Source: a virus (taxonomy: Duplodnaviria > Caudoviricetes). Taken from it: a DNA stretch of 64,000 nt. Every line of letters starts with the position of its first letter. Positions within the stretch are counted from its first letter, which is position 1. The stretch lies in the IMG/VR virus record IMGVR_UViG_3300008262_000001. One strand, given 5' to 3'. Below are positions 46,321 through 55,019 of the stretch, piece after piece. The notes below the pieces were generated by a model, which was given only the letters and a program-made list of their open reading frames with translations, did not search any database and was not told where the DNA came from. Position numbers and translations under genes: made by a program.

Positions 46321-48393
46321 TTATTCCCCAGCAGCCATCATACTTACATCAAGACCTTTTTCTTTCAAGATTTTTTTAACTTGTGGCCAAAGAGTATCAT
46401 CATATAACCATTGCTTAAGTGTGTCACCATCTTTCAAACCCCAAGCATCATTCAAAGCATTTAAATCACCTTGAGTTTTAATTTTCTCTCTGAATAATTT
46501 TTGAACCTGTCCACCTTCGTAAGCTGTATTAATTCCTTTCATATTCATGAGAAGTTCAGAAACCATCTCCTGATATTGGGCATCTGTATATGTCCTTTTC
46601 ATCTTTTCTTCGGTAGCTGCTTGTTTCTGTTTTTCTTTTCCAGTAATTTTTCCTGCTACTGTTCCTTTTCCAACCTCTTTAAGTGAAAATGTTCCTTGAC
46701 CATCTCTGAAAGCAATTTGCCAAGATGATGGATCAGTCTCTTTGCCCTGTGGAATGTTTAGATCTGCATCGAATCTTGTATATCCTGAAACTCCTTTGTT
46801 GAAATTAGAAAAATAAGATGCTGTATAATTTGAATAAAGAAGTAAAGCCTCGTTTGCATCCTCCAAATCTATTTGGACATAAAACGTGTTTCCTGTTGGT
46901 AAAATTTCTACTTTGACTTCCCCACTTCCACCAGCGAAACCACTAAACCATTTCATTGGATTATTTTGAACTTCCGTCTTTAAATAGTCATAAACTTTTT
47001 TAATCTGATCATTGCTTAAGACTTGAACCTCTGTTTCCCCTGAAATTTTATAGGTACCATCTTTGATTTCTTTCAAATACTGCTGACCATACTGAGCAAA
47101 AGCTTTTCTTATAAATTTATTATTGAATTCTCCGCTCTTGTCAAGCTGTATTTTTTTAGCATATTCTGGATCCTTCTCGTTTACATAAACTCTAAAAAAA
47201 TTGCCTTCTTCTTTAGTTTTAAAAGGAGTTGCAGGATTAGCCTCACCTACTGGATCCTTCTTAGCTCCAACTCCTGAAGTTCCGCCACGAGGGACGTTTC
47301 TACCTGACTTAACAGCCTCAACGTCAAATCCCTCGTTTAATTTTTTTTTTATAAAACTATCAAAAGAAACCAATTTCAAATTTGTTCCCAAGGATTCATT
47401 AGTTTCTTTATAATTTAATAGAATTGTGTAAAATTCTGGCGTTATATTTCCAGTTTTATCATTCTCGAGCTCTTTGTAGCTCTTTCTCAATCCATTCTTA
47501 ACATCTTTAATAACATTAGCAGTATTAGCTCTTAATGTAGAACTTACTTTTGGGTAGCTTGCATAAACCTTACTCCAATCACTAGTTCCACTTACTGCAT
47601 CATATTTTTTGAACTTCTCATAGATTAATTTTTTAACCTCTTTAACTACCTCACCGTCTTTTCCTGAATAAGCTTCACCACTCCTTTCTTTAATTGTTGA
47701 AGTTAATCCACCTTGGATAGTTGATCCTGTTGATCCTGTTGCTCCAGATGCTCCTGTAGATCCACTTGCAAGTTGTTGTGCTGCAAGTCTCATTGTATCG
47801 AGAACCTTTACCATTTCATTCTTAGCATCAGAAAATAAAGTTTCAGCGTCTTGCAGCGGTTTTGTAATTGTTGGATATTCAATATCAGCAATCACCTTTT
47901 CTGACTCTTTCGCCCACTCATCACGATAACTTTGTGATGCTTCAGTGAAATCAGTATATAGATCAGAATAGTTATTTCTGAAATTGTTTATCAAAGCTAA
48001 ATCTTTAGTAACTTCTAAAAATTTACCATCTTTCTCCCTTTGATAAACTGCCTCAGCTTTCAGTTTTGCAACACGATCTATAAGTCTAGTAAAGATAGTG
48101 GTGTATTTCTTTCCAGTTTGAGCACCTGCAAGATTTGAAGCTGGGTTTTGTCTTTGTTGTGCATCGTTATAATCAGCAACTATCGAATTTTTAAGAGCTT
48201 CCAACGAATCAATAAAAGGATTCAATTTGAAATCTTTTTCATCGTCCTGGAATTTGTCTTGTCTTCTTTCTTCGCGTCTTTCTGCTCTATCCTCTTTTCT
48301 TTGCTTACTATCTCTTCTTTCCTCCAGATTCATGTTATATGAATCACTTTTCATACTTTCGATTAAGCGAGAGAAATTGTTACTAAGTGCCAT
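46321..48393 (-). CDS. Multidomain putative internal/ejected virion protein
   Basis: Coiled-coil N-terminus, G-x-T linker, peptidoglycan-binding-like segment, internal SFDSFIKKKLNE motif, C-terminal helical (annexin-like) domain. Confidence 0.6.
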   Translation of the reverse strand: MALSNNFSRLIESMKSDSYNMNLEERRDSKQRKEDRAERREERRQDKFQDDEKDFKLNPFIDSLEALKNSIVADYNDAQQRQNPASNLAGAQTGKKYTTIFTRLIDRVAKLKAEAVYQREKDGKFLEVTKDLALINNFRNNYSDLYTDFTEASQSYRDEWAKESEKVIADIEYPTITKPLQDAETLFSDAKNEMVKVLDTMRLAAQQLASGSTGASGATGSTGSTIQGGLTSTIKERSGEAYSGKDGEVVKEVKKLIYEKFKKYDAVSGTSDWSKVYASYPKVSSTLRANTANVIKDVKNGLRKSYKELENDKTGNITPEFYTILLNYKETNESLGTNLKLVSFDSFIKKKLNEGFDVEAVKSGRNVPRGGTSGVGAKKDPVGEANPATPFKTKEEGNFFRVYVNEKDPEYAKKIQLDKSGEFNNKFIRKAFAQYGQQYLKEIKDGTYKISGETEVQVLSNDQIKKVYDYLKTEVQNNPMKWFSGFAGGSGEVKVEILPTGNTFYVQIDLEDANEALLLYSNYTASYFSNFNKGVSGYTRFDADLNIPQGKETDPSSWQIAFRDGQGTFSLKEVGKGTVAGKITGKEKQKQAATEEKMKRTYTDAQYQEMVSELLMNMKGINTAYEGGQVQKLFREKIKTQGDLNALNDAWGLKDGDTLKQWLYDDTLWPQVKKILKEKGLDVSMMAAGE

Positions 48394-48411
48394 TTTATTG
48401 TATTTTTTATT

Positions 48412-48930
48412 TTAAATCTGTGAAGTTTTTGATTTCCAATCCTCGATAAACTTTGCATTGAATGCGTTAATTTGTTCGATTACGCTTGCTGTAATAGCTG
48501 GATCGTTGGTAAAATCTCCAGATTCTGCTTGTAAAGCTTCATAAGCCCTAGCAATTTGTTCAAATCCCTTTGAGACTTTATCAAAAACACTTGCATAAAG
48601 CTCCTTGTTTTTAGAAGCTGCAGCTTCAGTTTTAGCTTTGCTCCAAAGCTCTTCTGCTGTTTTAATTACATCTCCAAGTCTTGTTTGCGGAGGTAATGGA
48701 GTAGTAGCTGCTTGGATGAAAAGAGGAAAAACCTTAGCTTTAACATCGTCTGGTATAGTTAAAAAGAAATGTTGAACATTAGATGCTAATGTTGAAAAGA
48801 TTCTTTTAGCGTAATCTTCCACTTTATCAGCACTCATAGTTGCTTCATTAAGTCTAACATATTGATGCTTTTTAGCCTGTTCTGAAAGAGATTCAAAAAC
48901 AGGGTTGTAAGGTAAATAATTATTCCTCAT
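48412..48930 (-). CDS. Putative internal head protein
   Basis: Helical; VFESLSE and RLNE|A candidate cleavage motifs; GATATATA upstream. Confidence 0.55.
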   Translation of the reverse strand: MRNNYLPYNPVFESLSEQAKKHQYVRLNEATMSADKVEDYAKRIFSTLASNVQHFFLTIPDDVKAKVFPLFIQAATTPLPPQTRLGDVIKTAEELWSKAKTEAAASKNKELYASVFDKVSKGFEQIARAYEALQAESGDFTNDPAITASVIEQINAFNAKFIEDWKSKTSQI

Positions 48931-48948
48931 TTTTAATTTTTATTATTG

Positions 48949-48956
48949 TATATATC
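48949..48956 (-). promoter_or_regulatory. GATATATA
   Basis: Intergenic, 18 nt upstream of ATG 48930. Confidence 0.65.
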
Positions 48957-48961
48957 TGTTT

Positions 48962-49243
48962 TTATCCAAGAGATTCTATCTTCTTAACTGCCACAGATTT
49001 TTTCTGCAACTCAGCAACTTTTTTCTGAGTTTCTAATGCTTGTTGTTGTAGGGAATCACTTTTCTTCAAAGTGCCATCTTTTTCTCTTTTAAATAGATTT
49101 GCTATAGCCAAATCAATCTCGCTCAGCTTTTTATCAATTTCTAAGATTTCTTTTTCAGCAGTAGTCTTTACTTGTAGGTTTTTAGCTTTGTCCTGTGCAG
49201 ACTCCTGTTCGTAAATGAATTTTTTAAAACTAGTAATTTTCAT
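48962..49243 (-). CDS. Putative internal head protein
   Basis: Starts MKITSFKKFIYE, followed by coiled coil. Confidence 0.65.
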   Translation of the reverse strand: MKITSFKKFIYEQESAQDKAKNLQVKTTAEKEILEIDKKLSEIDLAIANLFKREKDGTLKKSDSLQQQALETQKKVAELQKKSVAVKKIESLG

Positions 49244-50093
49244 ACTTGAGAGCTTTTATTTTTTTGTCGATCAGGGAAATCTTTGATCTGAGCATTTCAA
49301 ACATATTTTTATAATGTATTCTAATCTTTGCCTCTTCATTTTCCAAACTATCGATAGTCTGTGAATCTGCAAATTTTTTAGCTTGCTTGAGTTCTTTTCT
49401 GATTTCTTCTATCTGCATCTTACTCCTTATCTCAACATCGAACTTAAAATCCCTAAGCTTGTCTAATAAAGATTTTAATTCCTTTTCATCGTATCCATCT
49501 ATTATAGACTGGGCTTCTGAATTTGTAGAATTCAAAAAAGGTGCAATTTCTTCAGGAATTTCTGTAGTGTAATTTTCAACAGATTGTCCTTTTCCCATTA
49601 AATCTTCAAAATAGCTAGATTTCTTGTTTGCATCTTTTACCAATGAATCAAACTGAGCTGCAATTAAATTGAGATCTCCAGAGGATTTATATTTGTTAAG
49701 TCCTTTAAGTAATTTCTCTGTACTTTCAGCTTCTATTTTTGCTACTTCTGCACTGAAGTAAGCTTGAAGTTTAGGATTTTTTTCTATTTGGATTTCAGCT
49801 TCTTTTAAAAGTGCATTTATTTCTTGCATTTTCAAATTAGCATAAACTCTAGCTTGTCTTTCCAAATTAGAAATTAAAAATCTGTATTCCGGAGTGTTCT
49901 CCTTAGGAATAACAGATATTTCTTTTTCAATCGTAATCCGGTTGTCTATCTCTTCAGACTTAGCCTTTTTAATCTGTTTTAAAAGAGAATCAATTTTTCC
50001 TTTTTTTGTTTTAAAAATGTCGGAAATCCCTTTAAAAACTGAAGACAATACACCTTCATTGATAGAAAAACTTTCTAATCTTTTTAGTTTCAT
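49230..50093 (-). CDS. Putative internal head protein
   Basis: Starts MKLKRLESFSINE|GVLSSVFKGISDIF; coiled coil. Confidence 0.65.
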   Translation of the reverse strand: MKLKRLESFSINEGVLSSVFKGISDIFKTKKGKIDSLLKQIKKAKSEEIDNRITIEKEISVIPKENTPEYRFLISNLERQARVYANLKMQEINALLKEAEIQIEKNPKLQAYFSAEVAKIEAESTEKLLKGLNKYKSSGDLNLIAAQFDSLVKDANKKSSYFEDLMGKGQSVENYTTEIPEEIAPFLNSTNSEAQSIIDGYDEKELKSLLDKLRDFKFDVEIRSKMQIEEIRKELKQAKKFADSQTIDSLENEEAKIRIHYKNMFEMLRSKISLIDKKIKALKYENY

Positions 50094-51070
50094 TTTATCT
50101 TGGTTTCCTCTTTTGCTAACACATCTAAAAGTTCTTCGCAGTCCTTATAAATGCTGTAGATATCCTTTTGCTTGCCTTCTGAATATTTATCAAACTCAGA
50201 CTTGTGTACTTCGTCTTCTACCTTTCTTTGTAGTTTTTCGATATCCCTTCTTTTAGAAAAATACCCACCTACACTATTTTTAATAGCTTCAAACTCCTCA
50301 CTCAAAGATTTCTCTGGTTCATCTTTAAATTCTTTTCTTGACTTTGTAGTAGTTCCAGTAGAAGCTGCAGGAGTGTTGGTTAATGAATTAACCTCTTTTT
50401 CTGCTTTAACTTTAGCATCCTCTGCTTGTTTTTTTGCACTCTCAACACTAACCCCAAAGAAATCTTGTAGATCTTTAGATCTAGTCTTACTCTTTGCAGT
50501 TATTGCTTTGATCTTTTCGTATCTGTCATTTCTCGTTTCTAAAACATCTGTTGCTCTTTGAGCGTTGAAATACTTTTTCTTTCTTTTGTTATCTCCAGTA
50601 AGGTCTTTAATCTTCTGCTCCAAAACATCAAATATTTCCTCGTGCATTTTGTTCAATTCTTTCATTCTCATATTAAGAGAATTTCTATAATTGACTAGAT
50701 CCTTACTCAACGTTTGGTAGTTGGGATTATTTGGATCATTATCCAATGCCTTTTGATCTTGTAAGGATCTATAAAACTCATCGTAAATTTGGTATTCCTC
50801 TGAATTAAATTTAAGCTCCTGTTCTTTCATTTGGGTCAGAACAGTCTTGATTTTTGAAATATCTCCGCCGAAAGCCCCACCTAAAAAATTTGCTATAGTG
50901 TCACCTAAACCCTCATTCAGAGAATTCAGTGCTACTAATATTTGTCCCTCTGACATCTGCGAAAAATCTAAATCTTTCTTTAGTAAATCATAGGTTTTTC
51001 TTATGTCCCTATCATTCTCCAAAAGATAGTTCTTAGCTTTTTGGAATTGGTTAATATTTTCAAATAACAT
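50090..51070 (-). CDS. Putative internal head protein
   Basis: LLE and SLNE|GLGDTIANFLGGAF motifs; coiled coil; follows the capsid gene with its own GATATATA. Confidence 0.6.
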   Translation of the reverse strand: MLFENINQFQKAKNYLLENDRDIRKTYDLLKKDLDFSQMSEGQILVALNSLNEGLGDTIANFLGGAFGGDISKIKTVLTQMKEQELKFNSEEYQIYDEFYRSLQDQKALDNDPNNPNYQTLSKDLVNYRNSLNMRMKELNKMHEEIFDVLEQKIKDLTGDNKRKKKYFNAQRATDVLETRNDRYEKIKAITAKSKTRSKDLQDFFGVSVESAKKQAEDAKVKAEKEVNSLTNTPAASTGTTTKSRKEFKDEPEKSLSEEFEAIKNSVGGYFSKRRDIEKLQRKVEDEVHKSEFDKYSEGKQKDIYSIYKDCEELLDVLAKEETKIK

Positions 51071-51086
51071 GAGTTTGTCTTTTCCT

Positions 51087-51094
51087 TATATATC
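51087..51094 (-). promoter_or_regulatory. GATATATA (TTCAAGATATATAA context)
   Basis: After the capsid terminator, 16 nt upstream of ATG 51070. Confidence 0.7.
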
Positions 51095-51109
51095 TTGAAA
51101 TCCAATTTA

Positions 51110-51144
51110 AAAGCAAAAAGAAAAGGTCCCTTTTGGGACCTTTT
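51110..51144 (-). terminator. Rho-independent terminator of the major capsid gene
   Basis: AAAAGGTCCC (51121-51130), 4-nt loop, GGGACCTTTT (51135-51144); U-rich tract on the minus strand; 19 nt after the capsid stop. Confidence 0.85.
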
Positions 51145-51163
51145 CAGTTATATCGATTACCTA

Positions 51164-52936
51164 TTAGATAATAGCAGTGTTTGTTCCAGCGTTAACGTGG
51201 AAGCAGATGTACATTGTTTCTGGAAGGTGACCAGCTTCAACAAGAGCGTATCTTGATTTAACTGCGATCTTCGGTGACATTGTACCTTCAGAGATTGTCT
51301 GAATAGATTCAGCCATCATGTAAGGCATGAACTTCATACCTGGCTCATCATCAGCACCTTTTCTACCAACTAATACTCTTGTATCACTGAACTGCATGTT
51401 CTGATCAACATATACAGTCATACCAGCAAGTGAACCTACTGGGTAAAGTGTACCGTTGTTCTGAGTAAGAGTGTTAGTAAACGGAGCGAATGTGAACTGA
51501 CTGATGTCTTGTAAAGCAGACGCGATTTGTGAGTTAGTAACGATGAAGTTAGCAGGACCTCTACGACCTCTGTTAGCAACTACGTTAGCAGCAGCTAAAA
51601 TACGGCTGTAAAGTCTTCTTTGAACTGTTGATAAGTTCTCAAAAGTACCTGAAGCAGGACCAGCAACTGAACCTGGCTTAGCAGAACCTGTGATAGCAAG
51701 ACCCATTTTACCTACGTAATCTGGAACTGCATAACCTGAAGCAGCACCACCAATTACCAAGTTAAGGTTAAGGTTAGTTTGCTCAGTTACTAAGAACTGT
51801 GAGTGGTTTGACCAGCCAAGAGCAAAACCTCTTGATAGAATGTGCTTGTTAATAGCCTGAGATACCTCGTTAACAAGAGCGTTTTCGATCATAGAAACTA
51901 CGTCGATACCGAACTGTTTGTTAAGGTCTTGGATTTGCTCAGTTGTAACAGAAGCAGCAACTTGGAAAGTACCAGCTTCTACAAACTTAGTGAATGTAGA
52001 AAGACCAAGTGACTTGTAATAAGTTGATTCTGCAACACCTCTTAACATTGGATCGTAGTTTTGTGTGCCATCTACGTATGGACCTTGCCAGTTATTAGTG
52101 TTAGATTGACCAGCACCAGAGAAACCTTGAATGTGATCTTCTAATGTCTTAACCAATACTGCGTTACCACCGGAGAAAGCAAGAACGTTACCAGTTGTAG
52201 TCATAGTTTGGTCGTTAGCCTGGCTTGATGCTAAACGAATTTCAGAGTTAGCAGTAACTGTTGTGGCAATAGAATCACCAGAAGTTAATGCAGTGATCTG
52301 GAAAATTGGGAAACCGTCAATACGTGAGTATCCAACAAATTTACCTTTAGCAGAATCGGATGATGCAGTAGCTCCAGTAACTAAGATGATGTAGTAACTA
52401 CCAACTGTTAGAGTACCAAATACAGGAGAAGCAACAGCGATAGGCACCTTAATCATATCAGGTGTGTTTGCAGTAAAGTTGGTAGTAGTATCTGTTGAAG
52501 TACCAGACAAAGTACCACCTGCATACACATAGTCAAGATAAGAAAGTACCCCTGTTGGTCCGCTCATTGGAATAACAGGAACAATGTCAAAACCAACGGT
52601 TTTAGCAGCTACCTGAATAGCCAATGGAAGAAGTGAAGGGAACTTATCACCAGAACCTACATAAGGAGTACCAGCGTTGTAAGTGTTGTTGTAGTAAAAA
52701 CCAGCATTACCTGGGCCAGCTGCTGCATTACTACCGGAGTAGTTACCAGGAGGCATGATGGCACCCATACCATTTAAAGCACCGAGAGAGTTGTAAGCTC
52801 CAGCAGATTCGTTAAGTGAGTGGAAGTGGCAATATTTAGAAAGCCATTCTACTTTTGAACGATCAGTCATGCCGGTCTTGCTCTCAATAATGGGAGACCA
52901 TGTTTCGTAGATCTCGTTTTGATTTAAGAGTTGCAT
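51164..52936 (-). CDS. gp23: Major capsid protein, T4 gp23 family
   Basis: PSLLPLAIQVAAKTVGFDIVPVIPMSGPTGVLSYLDYVY, VTTEQIQDL, LVNEVSQAINK, RGRRGPANFIVTNSQIASAL, GSLAGMTVYVD, PYMMA...PKIAVKSRYAL. Confidence 0.93.
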   Translation of the reverse strand: MQLLNQNEIYETWSPIIESKTGMTDRSKVEWLSKYCHFHSLNESAGAYNSLGALNGMGAIMPPGNYSGSNAAAGPGNAGFYYNNTYNAGTPYVGSGDKFPSLLPLAIQVAAKTVGFDIVPVIPMSGPTGVLSYLDYVYAGGTLSGTSTDTTTNFTANTPDMIKVPIAVASPVFGTLTVGSYYIILVTGATASSDSAKGKFVGYSRIDGFPIFQITALTSGDSIATTVTANSEIRLASSQANDQTMTTTGNVLAFSGGNAVLVKTLEDHIQGFSGAGQSNTNNWQGPYVDGTQNYDPMLRGVAESTYYKSLGLSTFTKFVEAGTFQVAASVTTEQIQDLNKQFGIDVVSMIENALVNEVSQAINKHILSRGFALGWSNHSQFLVTEQTNLNLNLVIGGAASGYAVPDYVGKMGLAITGSAKPGSVAGPASGTFENLSTVQRRLYSRILAAANVVANRGRRGPANFIVTNSQIASALQDISQFTFAPFTNTLTQNNGTLYPVGSLAGMTVYVDQNMQFSDTRVLVGRKGADDEPGMKFMPYMMAESIQTISEGTMSPKIAVKSRYALVEAGHLPETMYICFHVNAGTNTAII

Positions 52937-52947
52937 TTTATTAGATC

Positions 52948-54993
52948 TTATTTTTTAAATCTTTTGTCTAATTCAGCTGCGATGTTTGCGATATAGCTGT
53001 TGCTAATTCCGCTGTTCGTAGCATTATTAGGGTTTTGGGACTCGTCTAATCTTTCCAAATTAGCCTGTGGAGCTTGAAATCCTCTAGTTCTCCAGAAGTT
53101 GTTAATCTGATAAGGAGTGTCTAAGTGATAGAATTTACTTTGAGCAACAATTGATGCTTTCTGTGATTCATTCAAAGAGTTCCAAACAGGTACCAAATCT
53201 TGTGGTATCATATCGAGGAATTTTTCTCCAGACTGAGCTTGTTCAGTTAGAGCAGATCCCATAATTTGAACTACGTCCATACCTGAACTGTAATTCTGCT
53301 CATTAAGAGCTTTAACGACCTTTTGTTTTTCGGCCTCGTTCAAAGAGATAAATCCTTTCTTTGTTTGTTCATCAACAAGCTTTAAGAAAGAATATTTATT
53401 TTCGTTTACGATTTCTTCAGTTTTGTTCTTGCTAAGTGATTCAATTAATTGATCGACTTTGCCAGAAAGTGAATTGTAATCACCTGAGAAACCAGAAGTT
53501 CTTTTTCCTTTTTCTACTGAATCATTAATTTGTTTAGCCATATCATTACCGGAATTTTTAATTCCTTTGTTATTGATAGACTCGGCCAAATATTGTGAGT
53601 ATTCAATACCAGATTTAACTTTTTCAGCTAAGTATTCTGAGTAGTTAATGTTTCCGTTTACTTTCTCACCAAGGTAATCTGAATAAGAAATGCTCTTATC
53701 TAGATTCTCAGCAAGATAATCAGAATAAGAGATGTTCTTATCCAATTTCTCTGCGAGATATTCTGAGTAAGAAATGTTTCTGTCAACGTTTTCAGCCAAG
53801 TATTCAGCATAAGAGATGTTCTTGTCCAAGTTCTCAGCAAGATACTCAGAATAAGAAATGTTCTTATCTAAGTTTTCAGCAAGATACTCTGAATAGGAAA
53901 TGTTCTTATCTAAATTCTCAGCGATATATTTGCTGTAAGCAATATTGTTGTCAAGATTCTCTGCAATATATTCTGAATAAGAAATGTTGCCATCTACGTG
54001 CTCTGCTAAGTATTTAGCATATGAAATAGCTTTGTCAAGATTTTCAGCAAGATACTTATTATAAGAAATAGAACCTTCTAAATTCTCTGCTAAGTAATCA
54101 CCAAAGTTAATTGCAGATTCTAAGTTCTCTGCAAGATATTCTGAATACTTTTCAAGTCTTTGAATTCTCTCCTCTAATGCTGAATCGTTGTTACTAGAAG
54201 TAGAACCTTTTGAAAAGGATTTCATTTCATTCTTCAAAGAATCCATTTCCTTTTTAAGAATGAGTGAATATTCGTTTAATTCTTCTGCTGTGACAAAGTT
54301 ATTGTCCATATTCTTTGTATTATTTGTATTTTCTAAAAGTTTAGAGATCTTCTCTATATCTTTAATTCTATATATCTGCGTGTTAGAATTTTTTCTCAAT
54401 CCTAAGCTCTCGTTTATATTGGTTAAAGAAGAAACTATTGAACTTTTGATCTCTTCTGCAAAGGAAGTAAAACCTAAGCTTTCGTATAAACTTTCGCTAA
54501 CTCTTTCTAATTGAGCATTTTCAAAACCAGGATCAGCTACTAGATCATAAGTAAAGATCTTCTTGATCTCTACTTTTTTATTTTCTTTTACGTTACCTGC
54601 TGCTCTAGAAGAAATAGAAATAGGAATACCTGCATCAACAAGATTCTGTGCAATTTTACCGGCTGGAGTATCAAGAAGCTTAACCTTGATCTTTACACAT
54701 CTGTCTTTATTATCATAATCTAAATCTGTGATAATGTGAGATATGTTCTTTAAAGAAACATCGAATTCTTTTGGGTGATCTAATTCACCAACCAAACGAT
54801 TTTGTTCAATCTTCTTTTTCAAATAATCAAGATGTGGCAAATATTCCTTCTCCTCGTAAATTCTATGATTAGAATTCTCAATTCCGAAAACTGCTGCTAC
54901 ACCTTCTAGAAAATATTCTCCTCCTTCTTTCTTACTTGAAAGATTTACAGTTGATTTTTCTAGAATCAGTACGTAATCTTGGTTTTTTTCCAT
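52948..54993 (-). CDS. gp21: Prohead core protease (gp21-like) fused to a repeat-rich scaffold (gp22-like)
   Basis: LEGVAAVFGIENSNHRIY, LVGELDHP, NISHII, LLDTPAGKI, GIPISISSRAAG, YDLVADPGF, followed by YSEYLAENLDKNIS repeats. Confidence 0.88.
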   Translation of the reverse strand: MEKNQDYVLILEKSTVNLSSKKEGGEYFLEGVAAVFGIENSNHRIYEEKEYLPHLDYLKKKIEQNRLVGELDHPKEFDVSLKNISHIITDLDYDNKDRCVKIKVKLLDTPAGKIAQNLVDAGIPISISSRAAGNVKENKKVEIKKIFTYDLVADPGFENAQLERVSESLYESLGFTSFAEEIKSSIVSSLTNINESLGLRKNSNTQIYRIKDIEKISKLLENTNNTKNMDNNFVTAEELNEYSLILKKEMDSLKNEMKSFSKGSTSSNNDSALEERIQRLEKYSEYLAENLESAINFGDYLAENLEGSISYNKYLAENLDKAISYAKYLAEHVDGNISYSEYIAENLDNNIAYSKYIAENLDKNISYSEYLAENLDKNISYSEYLAENLDKNISYAEYLAENVDRNISYSEYLAEKLDKNISYSDYLAENLDKSISYSDYLGEKVNGNINYSEYLAEKVKSGIEYSQYLAESINNKGIKNSGNDMAKQINDSVEKGKRTSGFSGDYNSLSGKVDQLIESLSKNKTEEIVNENKYSFLKLVDEQTKKGFISLNEAEKQKVVKALNEQNYSSGMDVVQIMGSALTEQAQSGEKFLDMIPQDLVPVWNSLNESQKASIVAQSKFYHLDTPYQINNFWRTRGFQAPQANLERLDESQNPNNATNSGISNSYIANIAAELDKRFKK
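53560..54147 (-). repeat. 14 tandem 14-aa (42-nt) repeats, consensus YSEYLAENLDKNIS
   Basis: Counted from YSEYLAENLESAIN to YSQYLAESINNKG. Confidence 0.92.
54369..54376 (-). promoter_or_regulatory. GATATATA inside the protease gene, upstream of in-frame Met229
   Basis: 59 nt upstream of the in-frame ATG at 54309. Confidence 0.45.
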
Positions 54994-55006
54994 CCTTTTA
55001 TTTTTT

Positions 55007-55014
55007 TATATATC
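55007..55014 (-). promoter_or_regulatory. GATATATA (TTCAAGATATATAA context) upstream of the protease/capsid operon
   Basis: 13 nt upstream of ATG 54993. Confidence 0.7.
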
Positions 55015-55019
55015 TTGAA

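Noticed and set aside
47341-47350. 10-nt homopolymer (A-run on the coding strand) as a programmed slippage site
   Set aside because: The 690-aa ORF reads through it in frame (IKKKL), and homopolymers are expected in an AT-rich genome.
53560-54147. Possible CRISPR array (42-nt period)
   Set aside because: Variation is mostly synonymous or conservative, there are no spacers, and it lies within the protease-scaffold ORF.
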